In this document: positions 29,834 to 40,694 of the stretch, in pieces
How the letters are laid out: each line of letters begins with the position of its first letter
Numbering within the stretch: the stretch's first letter is position 1
Assembly (NCBI GenBank): GCA_039815185.1
Contig: JBCBZT010000029.1
Span: 1 to 64,000, forward strand
Source of the DNA: Cyanobacteria bacterium P01_A01_bin.123
GTDB taxonomy: Bacteria > Cyanobacteriota > Cyanobacteriia > Phormidesmidales > Phormidesmidaceae
Direction of reading: 5' to 3'
DNA: 64,000 bases
Made by a program: the position numbers and the translations under genes
Notes under the pieces: generated by a model
Told to the model about the DNA's origin: nothing
What the model saw: only the letters and a program-made list of their open reading frames with translations
Databases searched by the model: none

Positions 29834-32470
29834 TTAGAACTCAAATGAAAATGTTCCGACTAGGGTCAGCCCTTCGCCAGGATAAATCTCGTTGCGGCTG
29901 TTGCGAGTCCCTGTGAGATGGTTGACATCAAACAGATTTCTAACATTGATTGCAGCCCGCCAGGTGTCCTGCTCATAGGCGATCGCTGCATTGGTCAAAA
30001 AATAATTTCCCAACTGGAAGCTATTGTCTAAGTCACCAAAGCGATCGCCCACATAATTCACCCCTGCCCCAAAGCTCAATCCTTGTAGCGCCCCGGTTTG
30101 AATCTCATAGTTGGTCCATAAGTTAGCACTGTGTTCCGGGGCATTGATTAACCGATTGCCGACTTGGCCATCATTATCTGCGGCGATGCGAGCATCGGTA
30201 TAGGCATAGTTGGCAATAATATTCCAACCGGGCAAAATTTCACCAATCACATCCAGCTCTATTCCCTGGCTGCGTTGCTCTCCGGCATCAATCACGGAAC
30301 TAATGTTATTGGGGTCGCTGGTAGACACGTTGCGTTTGGTGATGTCGAAATAGGCCAAACTCGCCACCAGTGACCCATCTAAGGCTTCGGCCCGAACCCC
30401 TACCTCAAACTGCTCCCCTCGTTCGGGTTGCAGGCTATCCCCGTCGAAGGTGGTACCGCTGTTAGGCGCAAAGGACTGACTATAGCTGGCATAGAGAGAA
30501 ATGGGATCAACAGGTTGGTAGACAATTCCCAATCGAGGCACCCAAGCGTTATCGTTTTGGGTCGTATCCGACGCCACAGGCGCAAACAACGATGGACGAT
30601 TCACGTTTCGTTGGTTAACTGTGTCGTATCTTAGACCTGCTAACAGGTGCAGATTGTCGAGCAAGGTTATCTGATCTTGCACATAGATTCCCCAGGAATT
30701 GACGTAGCTATCTCCATCAAAGAAGATTGGCTGGGTACTAAAATCTGGTCGGGGAACAGTGCCATAGACGGGATTGAAAATGTTGAGGACAAAATTCGTC
30801 GCAAATCCTTGACCAATATTGCCGATGGCTTCCCGACGGTAGTAGTCCACACCAACCAAAACAGTATGCTCAATCGAGCCAGTGGTAAATTCGCCGACAA
30901 GATTAGTTTGCACATTGTAGGTACTGCTGGGTTGATCAAGTTGAATGTAACTGCGGACTTGGTCGCCCGTTAACTCATTCAAATTTAATACAACCGACGA
31001 TTCAAATAGGGTGTTGTAGGCGATGTAGTTGAAGGCATTGCGGAATGTCCAATCGTCATTGAAGCGGTGCTCAAACTGGTATCCCGTTCTGAGATAAGTC
31101 GATTGGTTGATATCATTAGGATCACTGAGATTGCGGGTAAAAGGAATATCGGCAACTTCCGTTCCAATGGCAACTAGCCCTGAGTCGTAGGGCCGTTGAT
31201 CATCAGAGTATTCCAGCAGTAGGGTGAGATTGCTGCGATCGCTGATGGCCCATTGCAATACAGGGGCAATGAAGAAACGCTCCACATCCGTGTCAAAGCC
31301 TCGGTAAAAGGCGCTATCCCGATAGAGCACATTGAGCCGATATAAAAGACTACCATCTTCCGTCAGTGGCCCTGAAAAATCGATACCACCGCCTGTGAGC
31401 GATCGACTCCCCAACTCAAAATTAACCTCATAAAAAGGATTTGCTAGGGGTTGCTCACTGACTAGATTGATCACCCCGCCCGGTTCTGACACACCGTAGA
31501 GGATTGCCGCTGGGCCTTTTAACACCTCAACCCGTTCAATATTAGATAACTCGGGATAACCGATATTGCCGTTAAACCCAAAAGTCGGGCGAAATCCATC
31601 CCGCAAGACTGAAGCACTATCGAAGCCCCGCACGACAAACCGCTGCCCTCGGGCATCAGCAGAGTTCTGCAAGACGCCGCTGGCATTACGTAACGCATCA
31701 TCTAGGGCAGTGATCCCCTGATCCTCAAATACCGCTTGGGGAATCACCTGAATGGATTGAGGGATATCACGCAGCGGGGTGTCAGTACGAGTTGCCGTCG
31801 AAGCATTAGGCACAACATACCTATCCTCCGTACCCGTCACCACAATCTGAATGGCATCGTCGCTATCACCGGCTTGGGCCACCCCCGGCACTACGGTCAA
31901 AACCAGATTGGCTGCGTCCGCATTGACTGCTACCGTCGGTGGGGCATCGTTACCTGTAATCGCCACCTGCACTACATCGCTGGGCAGCGTAGTCGCCTGC
32001 ACCAAAGCAATACCTTCAGCGGGTTCAAACTCCTGAAATGGTTCTGACAGTCTTGCATTGGGAATTGTCACAATCAGCGCATTGCCCGACACGGTAGTCG
32101 TAGGGGGCGCTAGTTCGCCAGTGGCTGCCAGCAACACTTGCAAACCGGTCTCGGTCAACGCCAAACGAATGCTGGTAATTTGCACCAAGGCGGCTTCAAT
32201 TTGAGCGACCCAGTCGGTAACAGTTGTGGCGGGTGGGTGGGTGTCAGAAAGAGAAAGGGGAAGATGGGGGGATGAGCTTTCTCTTATCGCTTCACTGGCC
32301 GCTCCACTGGCCGCTTCACTGGTTTGTTCCTCTGGACTTTCAACCGTAGGTATTGAAAGTGTTTCTGGCTCAGATTGGGGTTGTGCTAGTGTTGCTTCTG
32401 CGATGAGCATTCGGCCACTGGCTAGGGTCAATAGGGCCAGCAGATTTAACCCTGGTAACGACTTTCCCAT
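29834..32470 (-). CDS. TonB-dependent siderophore receptor, cassette 6
   Basis: Plug and barrel motifs; ends SFEF. Confidence 0.95.
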   Translation of the reverse strand: MGKSLPGLNLLALLTLASGRMLIAEATLAQPQSEPETLSIPTVESPEEQTSEAASGAASEAIRESSSPHLPLSLSDTHPPATTVTDWVAQIEAALVQITSIRLALTETGLQVLLAATGELAPPTTTVSGNALIVTIPNARLSEPFQEFEPAEGIALVQATTLPSDVVQVAITGNDAPPTVAVNADAANLVLTVVPGVAQAGDSDDAIQIVVTGTEDRYVVPNASTATRTDTPLRDIPQSIQVIPQAVFEDQGITALDDALRNASGVLQNSADARGQRFVVRGFDSASVLRDGFRPTFGFNGNIGYPELSNIERVEVLKGPAAILYGVSEPGGVINLVSEQPLANPFYEVNFELGSRSLTGGGIDFSGPLTEDGSLLYRLNVLYRDSAFYRGFDTDVERFFIAPVLQWAISDRSNLTLLLEYSDDQRPYDSGLVAIGTEVADIPFTRNLSDPNDINQSTYLRTGYQFEHRFNDDWTFRNAFNYIAYNTLFESSVVLNLNELTGDQVRSYIQLDQPSSTYNVQTNLVGEFTTGSIEHTVLVGVDYYRREAIGNIGQGFATNFVLNIFNPVYGTVPRPDFSTQPIFFDGDSYVNSWGIYVQDQITLLDNLHLLAGLRYDTVNQRNVNRPSLFAPVASDTTQNDNAWVPRLGIVYQPVDPISLYASYSQSFAPNSGTTFDGDSLQPERGEQFEVGVRAEALDGSLVASLAYFDITKRNVSTSDPNNISSVIDAGEQRSQGIELDVIGEILPGWNIIANYAYTDARIAADNDGQVGNRLINAPEHSANLWTNYEIQTGALQGLSFGAGVNYVGDRFGDLDNSFQLGNYFLTNAAIAYEQDTWRAAINVRNLFDVNHLTGTRNSRNEIYPGEGLTLVGTFSFEF

Positions 32471-32639
32471 TAATTTTCCTCACACACCATTGTTCAAACC
32501 CAAGTCATTGGCTGGTAGCTCGCTTTGGGCGCGGCTGCTATTGCTCAAACCTTGGTCTTGAAGCGAATCATTCTTGATTAGGGTATGGGAATTGGCGATC
32601 GCTTGATAGGGATTTTGATGCCCAAACGCATTTTTTTAT

Positions 32640-33734
32640 CTAACTGGCCCATTGCCAAACCTGCATCTGAAACGCTTTTGGATTGATGCCCATCTGTTGA
32701 CGAAAGGCCGTAGCAAATTTGCTGCGGCAGGTATACCCCACGGCGGCTGAGACTTTTCCTATTGACTGGTCTGAGGTCATTAACAATCGTTGCGCTTGCC
32801 ACAGACGGCAGTCTCGCAAATAGCCAAAAGGCGTGGTGTCATAGACCTGGTGGAAGCCCTGATTCAGCTTGAGTCTATTTGTACCGACCTGTCGAGCCAG
32901 TGTCTCTATCGTGGGGGGAGTGAAAATCTGGGTTCTTAAGATAGATGCCGCTTGATCAATGGCATGGAGGTCGGCGGCGCTCAGACGTGGCTGCACCATC
33001 GCTTCCAGGCGAAGCGCAATGAGCTTCAAGGCTTTATGCTCCAGATAGGTGCGGCGGGTTACTCCCTGGTAAGGACAACTCAGAATTTGTCCAATCACCT
33101 GATTCATCTTGGGTGTTATGGGATGGCGAGTTTCGTACTTGAGGGCGATCGCTTCGGAGTAGAGCGAATTAGGCAGAAGCTGCTCAAAGGTTGAGTTAGA
33201 ATCAGCAGCCACAATCGTACTTTGCAAAATCCGGTTCAGGAGCCCAGCGGATGCTGAGATCGAGCGTCCGTTCTGGTATCGACACAGAGATTGCACAATA
33301 CGCTCAGCAATGCTCAGTGTTTGGGGCCGCATACGCTCCATGAACGCCTGAAAGTAAGTCACCAGTACAGGTCGCTTGCACCAAACCTCAACTTTGAAAA
33401 ACCGCTTTCGCGCGGTTTTGACTCCAAAGTGTTTTAAGCCAAAGTAGGGGCAAAAAAAGCTATATCCAGCCTCAGGGCTAGCCAGATGAAAAGCAAATTC
33501 AAGGCAATTACGCTCACCTGGCGCATCAATCACCACATCTTGATTGAGCGTATAGTCAAAAATGACAAGGTTTAAATCATCTCGGAGTTGAATGGTTTGA
33601 AAATATCCTTGACCCAAGTGAGATGGGCAAACCAGAATTTGATCAGACACATCTGCATGCAAAAGCCGTAAGTCGCCGTGGCTACCTGGCAAGAGCCAAT
33701 CATGCCAATGGTTTAATTGCAGTCGTGTTGTCAT
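32640..33734 (-). CDS. AraC family transcriptional regulator, cassette 6
   Basis: Close paralog of 27608..28696. Confidence 0.92.
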   Translation of the reverse strand: MTTRLQLNHWHDWLLPGSHGDLRLLHADVSDQILVCPSHLGQGYFQTIQLRDDLNLVIFDYTLNQDVVIDAPGERNCLEFAFHLASPEAGYSFFCPYFGLKHFGVKTARKRFFKVEVWCKRPVLVTYFQAFMERMRPQTLSIAERIVQSLCRYQNGRSISASAGLLNRILQSTIVAADSNSTFEQLLPNSLYSEAIALKYETRHPITPKMNQVIGQILSCPYQGVTRRTYLEHKALKLIALRLEAMVQPRLSAADLHAIDQAASILRTQIFTPPTIETLARQVGTNRLKLNQGFHQVYDTTPFGYLRDCRLWQAQRLLMTSDQSIGKVSAAVGYTCRSKFATAFRQQMGINPKAFQMQVWQWAS

Positions 33735-33967
33735 GGTGCTGCCTGACTTAAATGCTGATTATTTAATAGGAAAAATTTGCATTATTATGCCATGACTCGC
33801 GATAGTAGGATGATTCTCTGCTGTATCACTTGGGAAATCCGGTCGTGCTGCAAAAACACAGAGTAGTCGTTTGGATGGGTTTACCTTTCTTGATACCTGG
33901 CTGATTTGGGCCCATGATAGGATTGTTGGCTAGATTTGGATTAAGTACCAGATGAGGTGAGTAGACA

Positions 33968-34894
33968 ATGACTATTGCCGTTTCTCAAACTGAGCCTCAA
34001 ATTGCTCGTAAGGTTGTCAGTGGGCTACTCGCGGTCAAGCCCCTCTGGAATCTAGCCAAGTGGCAGGCTCGCAAAATGATGATTGATCGAGCAGAGCGCT
34101 TGGGCATTCCCTGGCGTGAGACAGTCCAGCGATTTGAGAGTCATGATTGGCAGGCTGATTGGGACAGTATTCAGGATGCTGAATTAACCTATCCAAACAA
34201 CTACAAGGCCTCGTTTCACGGGTACGATGAGGGCCACCTGTGTTGGCCAGCTGCCTTTGAGTTTGAAGTGGCTTCTAATGCAGTCCATTCTAAGCTATTT
34301 CCTGAGGCGGGGATTCAGAGTGATGCCAAACTGCGCCAGAGCTATCATGATGTGCTCAAGACGAAACTGCCTTACCAACCCCAGTCTATTTTGGATTTAC
34401 ATTGCACCGTCGGGCTGAGCACCTTTGCACTGAAATCGCTCTATCCGCAAGCTCAGGTGACAGGCTTAGATTTTTCGCCCTATTACCTTTCTGTGGCTCA
34501 CTACCAGGCCCAGCAACGTCAAGAGAATTCAATTGATTGGGTTCATGCGCTACCAGAGGCAACCGGATTAGCCGCTCAGTCTTTTGATCTGGTGTCAGCG
34601 TTTTTGTTGTTTCATGAAATGCCCCAGGCGACCATTCGTAAGATATTCCGGGAAGCGCGACGGTTGGTAAAACCGGGTGGATATTTTACGTTTATGGATA
34701 TGAATCCTGCTTCGACGGCTTACACAACAATGCCGCCTTATGTCATGACGCTACTCAAAAGTACAGAGCCATTTATGGAGCAGTACTTTGCCTTAGATAT
34801 TGAGAGTGAGCTCCTATCGGCGGGGTTTGATCAGGTAACGGAGACGATTAATAGCGCTCGCCATCGTACCGTTATTGCCCAGGTCAAGATTTAA
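33968..34894 (+). CDS. Class I SAM-dependent methyltransferase
   Basis: [11 protein letters not shown] (atypical motif I), [28 protein letters not shown]. Confidence 0.85.
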   Translation: MTIAVSQTEPQIARKVVSGLLAVKPLWNLAKWQARKMMIDRAERLGIPWRETVQRFESHDWQADWDSIQDAELTYPNNYKASFHGYDEGHLCWPAAFEFEVASNAVHSKLFPEAGIQSDAKLRQSYHDVLKTKLPYQPQSILDLHCTVGLSTFALKSLYPQAQVTGLDFSPYYLSVAHYQAQQRQENSIDWVHALPEATGLAAQSFDLVSAFLLFHEMPQATIRKIFREARRLVKPGGYFTFMDMNPASTAYTTMPPYVMTLLKSTEPFMEQYFALDIESELLSAGFDQVTETINSARHRTVIAQVKI

Positions 34895-35699
34895 CCTTGA
34901 GTTTGCGACCCATCGGAATACACAGCGGTGTTCCTGCAACTGGATCCTGAATAATACGGCAGTCTAAACCAAACACTTCTCGCACCAGATCTTCGCCCAT
35001 GACTTGCTCCGGGTTGCCTTGGGCATAAACCTGCCCGGCCTTCATTACAATCAGGTGATCGCCATAGCGACAAGCCTGATTCAGCTCATGGAGCACGATC
35101 ACAATCGTGCGGCCCTCACGCTGGTTAAGGTCATAGAGTAAATCCAACACTTCAATTTGATGGGCCAGGTCGAGAAAAGTCGTGGGTTCATCCAGCAGCA
35201 ACGTCTGGGTATTTTGGGCCAGGGTCATGGCAATCCAAGCCCGCTGCCGCTGGCCACCCGAGAGGCTATCAATGGGCCGATCTGCCAGGGCTTGCAGTTC
35301 GGTAATCGTCAAGGCCGCTTCGACCTGACGTTCATCTTCTTTACTCCACTGCTGTAGCCAGCCCTGGTGGGGGTAGCGGCCCTGGGCCACTAACTCACGC
35401 ACCGTCAACCCCTCAGGGGCTGTGGGGCCTTGGGGCAGCAACCCCAGTTGCTTCGCCACAACTTTGGTTGGCAGCTTAAAGATTGAGTCACTATCTAAAT
35501 AGACAACGCCTCCCTTGGGTTTAAGCAGTCTTCCTAACCCTTTGAGTAGGGTTGATTTGCCACAGCCATTGGGCCCCACCAGCACGGTGATTTTGCCCGC
35601 CGGAATCGCCAGATCAAGGGTGTTAATAATGGCTTCGCTGTCATAGGCCAGGGTTAATTTGCGGGTAGTGAGGGCAATTTGGGTTACAGTGTCGAACAT
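34884..35699 (-). CDS. fecE: Iron-siderophore ABC transporter ATP-binding protein
   Basis: [33 protein letters not shown]. Confidence 0.93.
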   Translation of the reverse strand: MFDTVTQIALTTRKLTLAYDSEAIINTLDLAIPAGKITVLVGPNGCGKSTLLKGLGRLLKPKGGVVYLDSDSIFKLPTKVVAKQLGLLPQGPTAPEGLTVRELVAQGRYPHQGWLQQWSKEDERQVEAALTITELQALADRPIDSLSGGQRQRAWIAMTLAQNTQTLLLDEPTTFLDLAHQIEVLDLLYDLNQREGRTIVIVLHELNQACRYGDHLIVMKAGQVYAQGNPEQVMGEDLVREVFGLDCRIIQDPVAGTPLCIPMGRKLKVKS

Positions 35700-35712
35700 T
35701 TTTGTTAAAAAT

Positions 35713-36312
35713 CTATCCCTGACGAATGGCATCTCGAAACATCATGACGGCGTCAAATTGCTCTTCAGGTTTGACGTAGCTGGCGAGTAAAGGAATATCC
35801 AATTCAGGCAGTAATTCACTGGCCTCAATCAACTCATATTCTGTTGGACGCAGGTGATAGATCCCAAATCGTCCTGACTGCCATACCCAAACCTCGGTCA
35901 CGCCCAAACCTTTGTAAATGTCTAACTTATCAACCAATCCACTGGTAATCACGATCTGAACGGCTAAATCGGGAAATGCCTTTTTGTCGCCCAGGCAATA
36001 GCACTCATCGGGTTCTAACCCCCTTTGTTTTGCCGCTTGCCGAAATGTTGTAGAACCGCCAGCATGAAATCGCTGCCGTGTTTCTTGGAGGTAAGTCTCG
36101 ATCAACATCCCGATCATCTTTTTGAGGTCTTCGTGCTCTGGAGAATTGGTCATAATCTCCAGGGTGCCGTCTAGATAGCTCAATCGCAGCGTTGGGAAGT
36201 TATCCCCCAAGACGTTAATTAGCGCCTCATATTGCTGCCAATCGACCCCATGCAAAAGCACCCGCTGCTCGGCGGTCATATCAGATGGTTGAGTCAGGAG
36301 TGGAGTAGGCAT
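35713..36312 (-). CDS. Uma2 (DUF820) family putative endonuclease
   Basis: [43 protein letters not shown]. Start at MPTPLL. Confidence 0.88.
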   Translation of the reverse strand: MPTPLLTQPSDMTAEQRVLLHGVDWQQYEALINVLGDNFPTLRLSYLDGTLEIMTNSPEHEDLKKMIGMLIETYLQETRQRFHAGGSTTFRQAAKQRGLEPDECYCLGDKKAFPDLAVQIVITSGLVDKLDIYKGLGVTEVWVWQSGRFGIYHLRPTEYELIEASELLPELDIPLLASYVKPEEQFDAVMMFRDAIRQG

Positions 36313-36394
36313 AGCGATGGTGGTCTTGAACGCTTTTGAAACTATTCTAGGGGGCGTCCTGTTTGGGATGGGATGATGAGCCACGCCTAGAGTG

Positions 36395-36829
36395 CTAGCT
36401 AAAGTCACGCAGCATTTTTTTGATCTCAAGGTTGTGCAGTTCCTCTTGGCCAATTTTGGTGCGGGCGTATTCTTCTAGATAAATGCTGGCGTTTTCCACG
36501 ACGTCCAGCAGCTTTTTGTACATCGCCAGTGCTTTCTGCTCATGGCTAAGGCTCTCTCCTAGCAAATCTGTCACGGCATGTTGATGGGTTTCTTCGATGG
36601 TTGCGATCCGTTGGCTAGGATGGCCTTCTAAACCCGTTAAAATTTCACCCGCTTCTTGGGCATGGAGCAAAGACTCATTGGCTTGGGCCTTAAAGAAATC
36701 CACAATGGGGATGCGGTTAGGCCCTATTGCCATCAAGGAGTAATGGGTATAGCGAACGACACCTGCCAACTCAAATTCCATAATTTGGTTCAGTAGTTCG
36801 ATGGTGCTTTGGGTATCGAGGTCTTTCAT
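36395..36829 (-). CDS. Ferritin-like / bacterioferritin family protein
   Basis: Di-iron four-helix pattern ELAGVVRY...ESLLH...EQKAL..Y...EELH; 144 aa. Confidence 0.85.
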   Translation of the reverse strand: MKDLDTQSTIELLNQIMEFELAGVVRYTHYSLMAIGPNRIPIVDFFKAQANESLLHAQEAGEILTGLEGHPSQRIATIEETHQHAVTDLLGESLSHEQKALAMYKKLLDVVENASIYLEEYARTKIGQEELHNLEIKKMLRDFS

Positions 36830-36994
36830 GGGGACTCCTGATTCGGGAAAGGAATTAATTTTTGGATTTTAGATTTTGGACTTTGTCGTGAGCAATCGGT
36901 TTGGCTGAGCTCATCGTCGCAGCGAGTCGAACGATTTGTGATTTTGAATAGCAGGTTTCAGGAGCGATCGCAGAACGATTAGACCACACAGAGA

Positions 36995-38059
36995 TTAAGT
37001 CTGCCTAGTGCGAATCAAGAGATATAGAAAATAGGGTGCGCCAACAATGGCTGTGATGATACCGCAGGGCAACTCAATTGGGGCAAACAGCAGCCGCCCG
37101 ATTAAGTCTGCCACCACCACCACCATACCGCCCGTCAGTGCCGCCACGGGTAATAACCCCTCGTGGGATGGGCCCACCAGTTGTCGAGCAATGTGGGGAG
37201 CCATGAGTCCCACAAACCCGATGTTGCCTGCGGTGGCCACTGCTGACCCCGCTAAGGCCACGCTGCTCAATAAGAGCCAACCCCGCTGCCACTCCAGGCG
37301 ACTCCCCAAACTGCGAGCTACATCATCCCCCAGTTGCAGGGCGTTGAGTTCTCGACTGAGGACAAGCGACAATACACCAAAGCTCATTAGCCAAGGCATA
37401 AACGCCACTAACTGTTCCCAACTGCGGCCATAGACGCTGCCGGTAAGCCACACTAACGCCTGACTCACGTCGTAGATGTTGCCGAAGGTCACCATTAGGC
37501 TAGTCAGCGCCCCGGCAATCAGGCTAAAGCCCACACCCACTAAAATCAGCCGCACGGGAGAACTGCCGTCCTTCCAGGCCAGTAGGTAAATCAACATGGC
37601 CACGGTGAACGCACCGCCGAAGGCGGCCAGCGGAATGGCGGTAACGGGCGTCACTGGAAACACCACAATCAACGTGACTGCGGCGAGCGCCGCCCCGGCA
37701 TTAACCCCGATGATGCCCGGAGCTGCTAGGGGATTGCGGGTAATGCCTTGGGTGAGGGTGCCAGCGATCGCTAATGCCATGCCCACGCCCCACGCCACTA
37801 GGGTGCGCGGTAGCCGCAGGGTATTGACGATAAACACATAGTCCGGATTGTCAGTCGGCAAACCGAAAATGGTGCGAATCACATCCCAGGGCGGTACCGG
37901 ATATTCCCCTTGACCGACGCTCCAGACCATGGCGGCTAGGGTGATCACGATCAACCGGAGCACTGTCTTTGGCACCCGTCGATCTAGGCGGAATGACCAC
38001 TGACGAAGGCGCAACACCAGCCATTGAGAGCGGTCCGTATCTTTTGTAGAAGAAGACAT
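36995..38059 (-). CDS. fecD: Iron chelate ABC transporter permease (FecCD family)
   Basis: RLPRTL, TRNPLAAPGIIGVNAGA, LGDDVARSLG, GAPYFLYLL. Confidence 0.93.
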   Translation of the reverse strand: MSSSTKDTDRSQWLVLRLRQWSFRLDRRVPKTVLRLIVITLAAMVWSVGQGEYPVPPWDVIRTIFGLPTDNPDYVFIVNTLRLPRTLVAWGVGMALAIAGTLTQGITRNPLAAPGIIGVNAGAALAAVTLIVVFPVTPVTAIPLAAFGGAFTVAMLIYLLAWKDGSSPVRLILVGVGFSLIAGALTSLMVTFGNIYDVSQALVWLTGSVYGRSWEQLVAFMPWLMSFGVLSLVLSRELNALQLGDDVARSLGSRLEWQRGWLLLSSVALAGSAVATAGNIGFVGLMAPHIARQLVGPSHEGLLPVAALTGGMVVVVADLIGRLLFAPIELPCGIITAIVGAPYFLYLLIRTRQT

Positions 38060-38060
38060 A

Positions 38061-39086
38061 TCAGCGCTTCACGAGGGAACGGGTGAGATAGATAAAAAAC
38101 GGTGCGCCCAAAAGCGGCATGACAATGCCGACGGGGAGTTCTTGGGGTTGAATGATTAACCGGGCACCAATGTCAGCCAGCAGTAATAAGATGGCGCCGG
38201 TGATCGCCGAATAGGGCAAAATCCAGCGATAGTCGGCTCCGGCCCAAAATCGAACAATGTGAGGCACAATCAACCCGATAAAGCCGATTGGCCCGGCGAT
38301 CGCCACCGATCCCCCCGCTAATAACACCACGCTGATTGCCCCAAACCCTTTAACCCAGGCCGTCTTTTGCCCCAACCCCTGGGCGATCGCATCACCTAAA
38401 CTCAACGTGGTCAATTGCTTGCCCATCAATAAGCCCAAGACTAATCCCACAGCCAGATAGGGCAGCACCTGCACCACCAGTTCCATATCGCGGCCCGCTA
38501 CTGATCCAGCCAGCCAAAAGCGAATTTCTTCCAGGGTACGTTGGCTAATAATGAGAATGCCTGTCGTCAACGATGACACGAGAGCCGTTAAGGCAGCCCC
38601 GGCAATGGTCAAATTTAATGGCGTCAGGCCGCCGCGTCCTAGGGAGCCCAGCCCATAGACGGTAACCGCCGCGATCGCCGCCCCGATCAGAGCAAACCCA
38701 GCGTAGACACTTAGCGAAGCGGCGTCGAGCCAAAAGACTGCCATTACTACCGCTAGGGCTGCTCCCGAATTGATGCCCAAAATCCCCGGATCGGCTAGCG
38801 GGTTGCGGGTGAGCCCCTGCATAATGGCCCCAGCCACAGCCACCGCTGCCCCAACCAATAGAGCCGTAATCGAACGCGGGGCGCGGACGGTGCGAATAAT
38901 CAAATGTTCGGTGGAATCAGTGGGGGCAGTTAATGCTTGATAAACTTCTGCGGGACTAATATCGGCAACCCCCAAGGCAATACTGGCAACAAAACAGCCT
39001 AAGAGCAGTAATACGCCTAAAAAGATGCCTGCTGTGAGTAGCACATGGGTGGGCAATCGCGATCGCTGAACTGTTCTGACTGACAC
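38061..39086 (-). CDS. fecC: Iron chelate ABC transporter permease (FecCD family)
   Basis: [34 protein letters not shown]. Confidence 0.93.
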   Translation of the reverse strand: MSVRTVQRSRLPTHVLLTAGIFLGVLLLLGCFVASIALGVADISPAEVYQALTAPTDSTEHLIIRTVRAPRSITALLVGAAVAVAGAIMQGLTRNPLADPGILGINSGAALAVVMAVFWLDAASLSVYAGFALIGAAIAAVTVYGLGSLGRGGLTPLNLTIAGAALTALVSSLTTGILIISQRTLEEIRFWLAGSVAGRDMELVVQVLPYLAVGLVLGLLMGKQLTTLSLGDAIAQGLGQKTAWVKGFGAISVVLLAGGSVAIAGPIGFIGLIVPHIVRFWAGADYRWILPYSAITGAILLLLADIGARLIIQPQELPVGIVMPLLGAPFFIYLTRSLVKR

Positions 39087-39167
39087 AAGAGGCGCACCCC
39101 TACCCGGTAAGAAATATTCCCATTAATGATACGCTTTTTTTGACTGAGACTCCCATTTTCAAATTGG

Positions 39168-40361
39168 ATGGGGCTGATGCCAAACCCAACTCAGCTAAAT
39201 CCTCACAAGCTCAGCCATACTGTACGCGCCCTCGGCTTAGTCAGTCTGTGCACTGACCTTGCCAGCAAAATGGTGTATCCGCTCACGCCTATTTTTTTGA
39301 CCACTGTCTTAGGGGCACCGATCTGGACAGTTGGCGTGATTGAAGGGATTGCCGAGAGCACCGCCAGCCTGCTCAAGCTTTATTCAGGCTGGTTATCTGA
39401 CCGGGTGGGGCGGCGCAAACCTTTTGCAGTGGTCGGTTATGGGCTAGGGGCAGTGTCCAAATTAGGATTGGCACTGTCAGTCGGTTGGGGCACTGTTTTG
39501 GGCGCCCGCTTGCTCGATCGCGTGGGCAAAGGGCTACGGGCTGCCCCCAGAGATGCCCTGATTGTCGAAAATTGTTCGCCCCAGCAGCGGGGTCAAGCCT
39601 TTGGGTTACACCACAGTTTAGAAACGACGGGGGAGGCGATCGGCCCGCTAATCGGCTTTTTATGGTTGCAACAGTTTACAGGGAATTATCGCGGGGTGTT
39701 CGCGATCGCGTTTCTACCCGCCTTCATCGGCGTTGGAATTTTACTTCAGAGTGTGCAAGATCCGCAGCGATCTGCTCCCCAACGGCGATCGCGTCCCCAA
39801 TTTGCCCTACAGGGATTAAGCCCCAACTATCGAAGATACCTCGGCGTCATTGGCTTGTTTAGTTTGGGTAACGCTTCCGATGCCTTTTTGCTGTTGCGGG
39901 CTCAAGATTTAGGGTTTAGCGGGGCTGACATTTTGCTACTTTATGCAGTGTTTAACCTGATCTCAGTCGGACTGGGATTTACCCTGGGTCGGCTATCAGA
40001 TCGAATCGGGCGACGACCGCTATTAGCCATCGGCTATCTGCTGTTTGCCCTGGTGTATTTTGGCTTTGCCGTCAACCAGAGCGCTAGCGTCGTTTGGGGG
40101 TTGTTTATGCTCTATGGCTTGTATACCGCGCTAACCCGTGGCGTTCAAAAAGCTTTAGTGGCAGACCTAGTGCATCCCGATCGCCGGGGGGCAGAGATTG
40201 GCACCTTTCATATGCTGGTGGGCTTAGCAGCATTGCCTGCTAGCTTGATCGCAGGATTACTTTATACGCAGGTTTCTGCTGCTGCACCGTTTTATTTGAG
40301 TACGGTGACTGCTGCGATCGCCGCAGGGTTATTGGCGAGTGTTCACCGTCCAGTCCGGTAA
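39168..40361 (+). CDS. MFS transporter
   Basis: GWLSDRVGRRK and GRLSDRIGRR MFS motif A; DRVGKGLRAAPRDALI. Confidence 0.9.
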   Translation: MGLMPNPTQLNPHKLSHTVRALGLVSLCTDLASKMVYPLTPIFLTTVLGAPIWTVGVIEGIAESTASLLKLYSGWLSDRVGRRKPFAVVGYGLGAVSKLGLALSVGWGTVLGARLLDRVGKGLRAAPRDALIVENCSPQQRGQAFGLHHSLETTGEAIGPLIGFLWLQQFTGNYRGVFAIAFLPAFIGVGILLQSVQDPQRSAPQRRSRPQFALQGLSPNYRRYLGVIGLFSLGNASDAFLLLRAQDLGFSGADILLLYAVFNLISVGLGFTLGRLSDRIGRRPLLAIGYLLFALVYFGFAVNQSASVVWGLFMLYGLYTALTRGVQKALVADLVHPDRRGAEIGTFHMLVGLAALPASLIAGLLYTQVSAAAPFYLSTVTAAIAAGLLASVHRPVR

Positions 40362-40516
40362 ACGCCGCGATCGCCAACGCCATCTCATAACCGGCAGTTG
40401 GGAATAACGCTGTTATTCCGCCAATACCAAGAGCACACCTATGCAGCGCCTTTTATAGCCGACCTAGTCTAAACACCAGGACTCTAGTTGCAGAATTGCC
40501 TGCATTTCCCAAGATC

Positions 40517-40650
40517 CTGAAACCTACCCACTTGCACCACAGACTCAAGTCTTGCAAAAGCGGGTAGGTCTCAGCAGTTCAAAATTGGGGGACGATCGCC
40601 GACTATTACAACCTCAAAGTCCCACTTTTGAAGGGGGATGTAGGGGAATC
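40517..40650. repeat. Intergenic inverted repeat plus a partial GC-rich small dispersed repeat
   Basis: CTGAAACCTACCC...GGGTAGGTCTCAG arms. AAAGTCCCACTTTTGAAGGGGGATGTAGGGGGA resembles the right half of the palindrome at 27520..27551. Confidence 0.4.
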
Positions 40651-40694
40651 TGAATCGTTTAACGACCAACATTACGTTCAAATGTCCTCTCAGA

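Noticed and set aside
3577..32036. Recurring plus-strand ORFs similar to each other (3577, 9466, 14380, 19579, 31851; also 7795 and 12736)
   Set aside because: Antisense shadows of paralogous receptor genes; their similarity is explained by the sense-strand genes.
36858..36884. Heptamer tandem ATTTTGG/ATTTTAG, and in-frame micro-repeats at about 24536 and 32290
   Set aside because: Ordinary short tandem repeats of filamentous cyanobacteria; two or three copies only.
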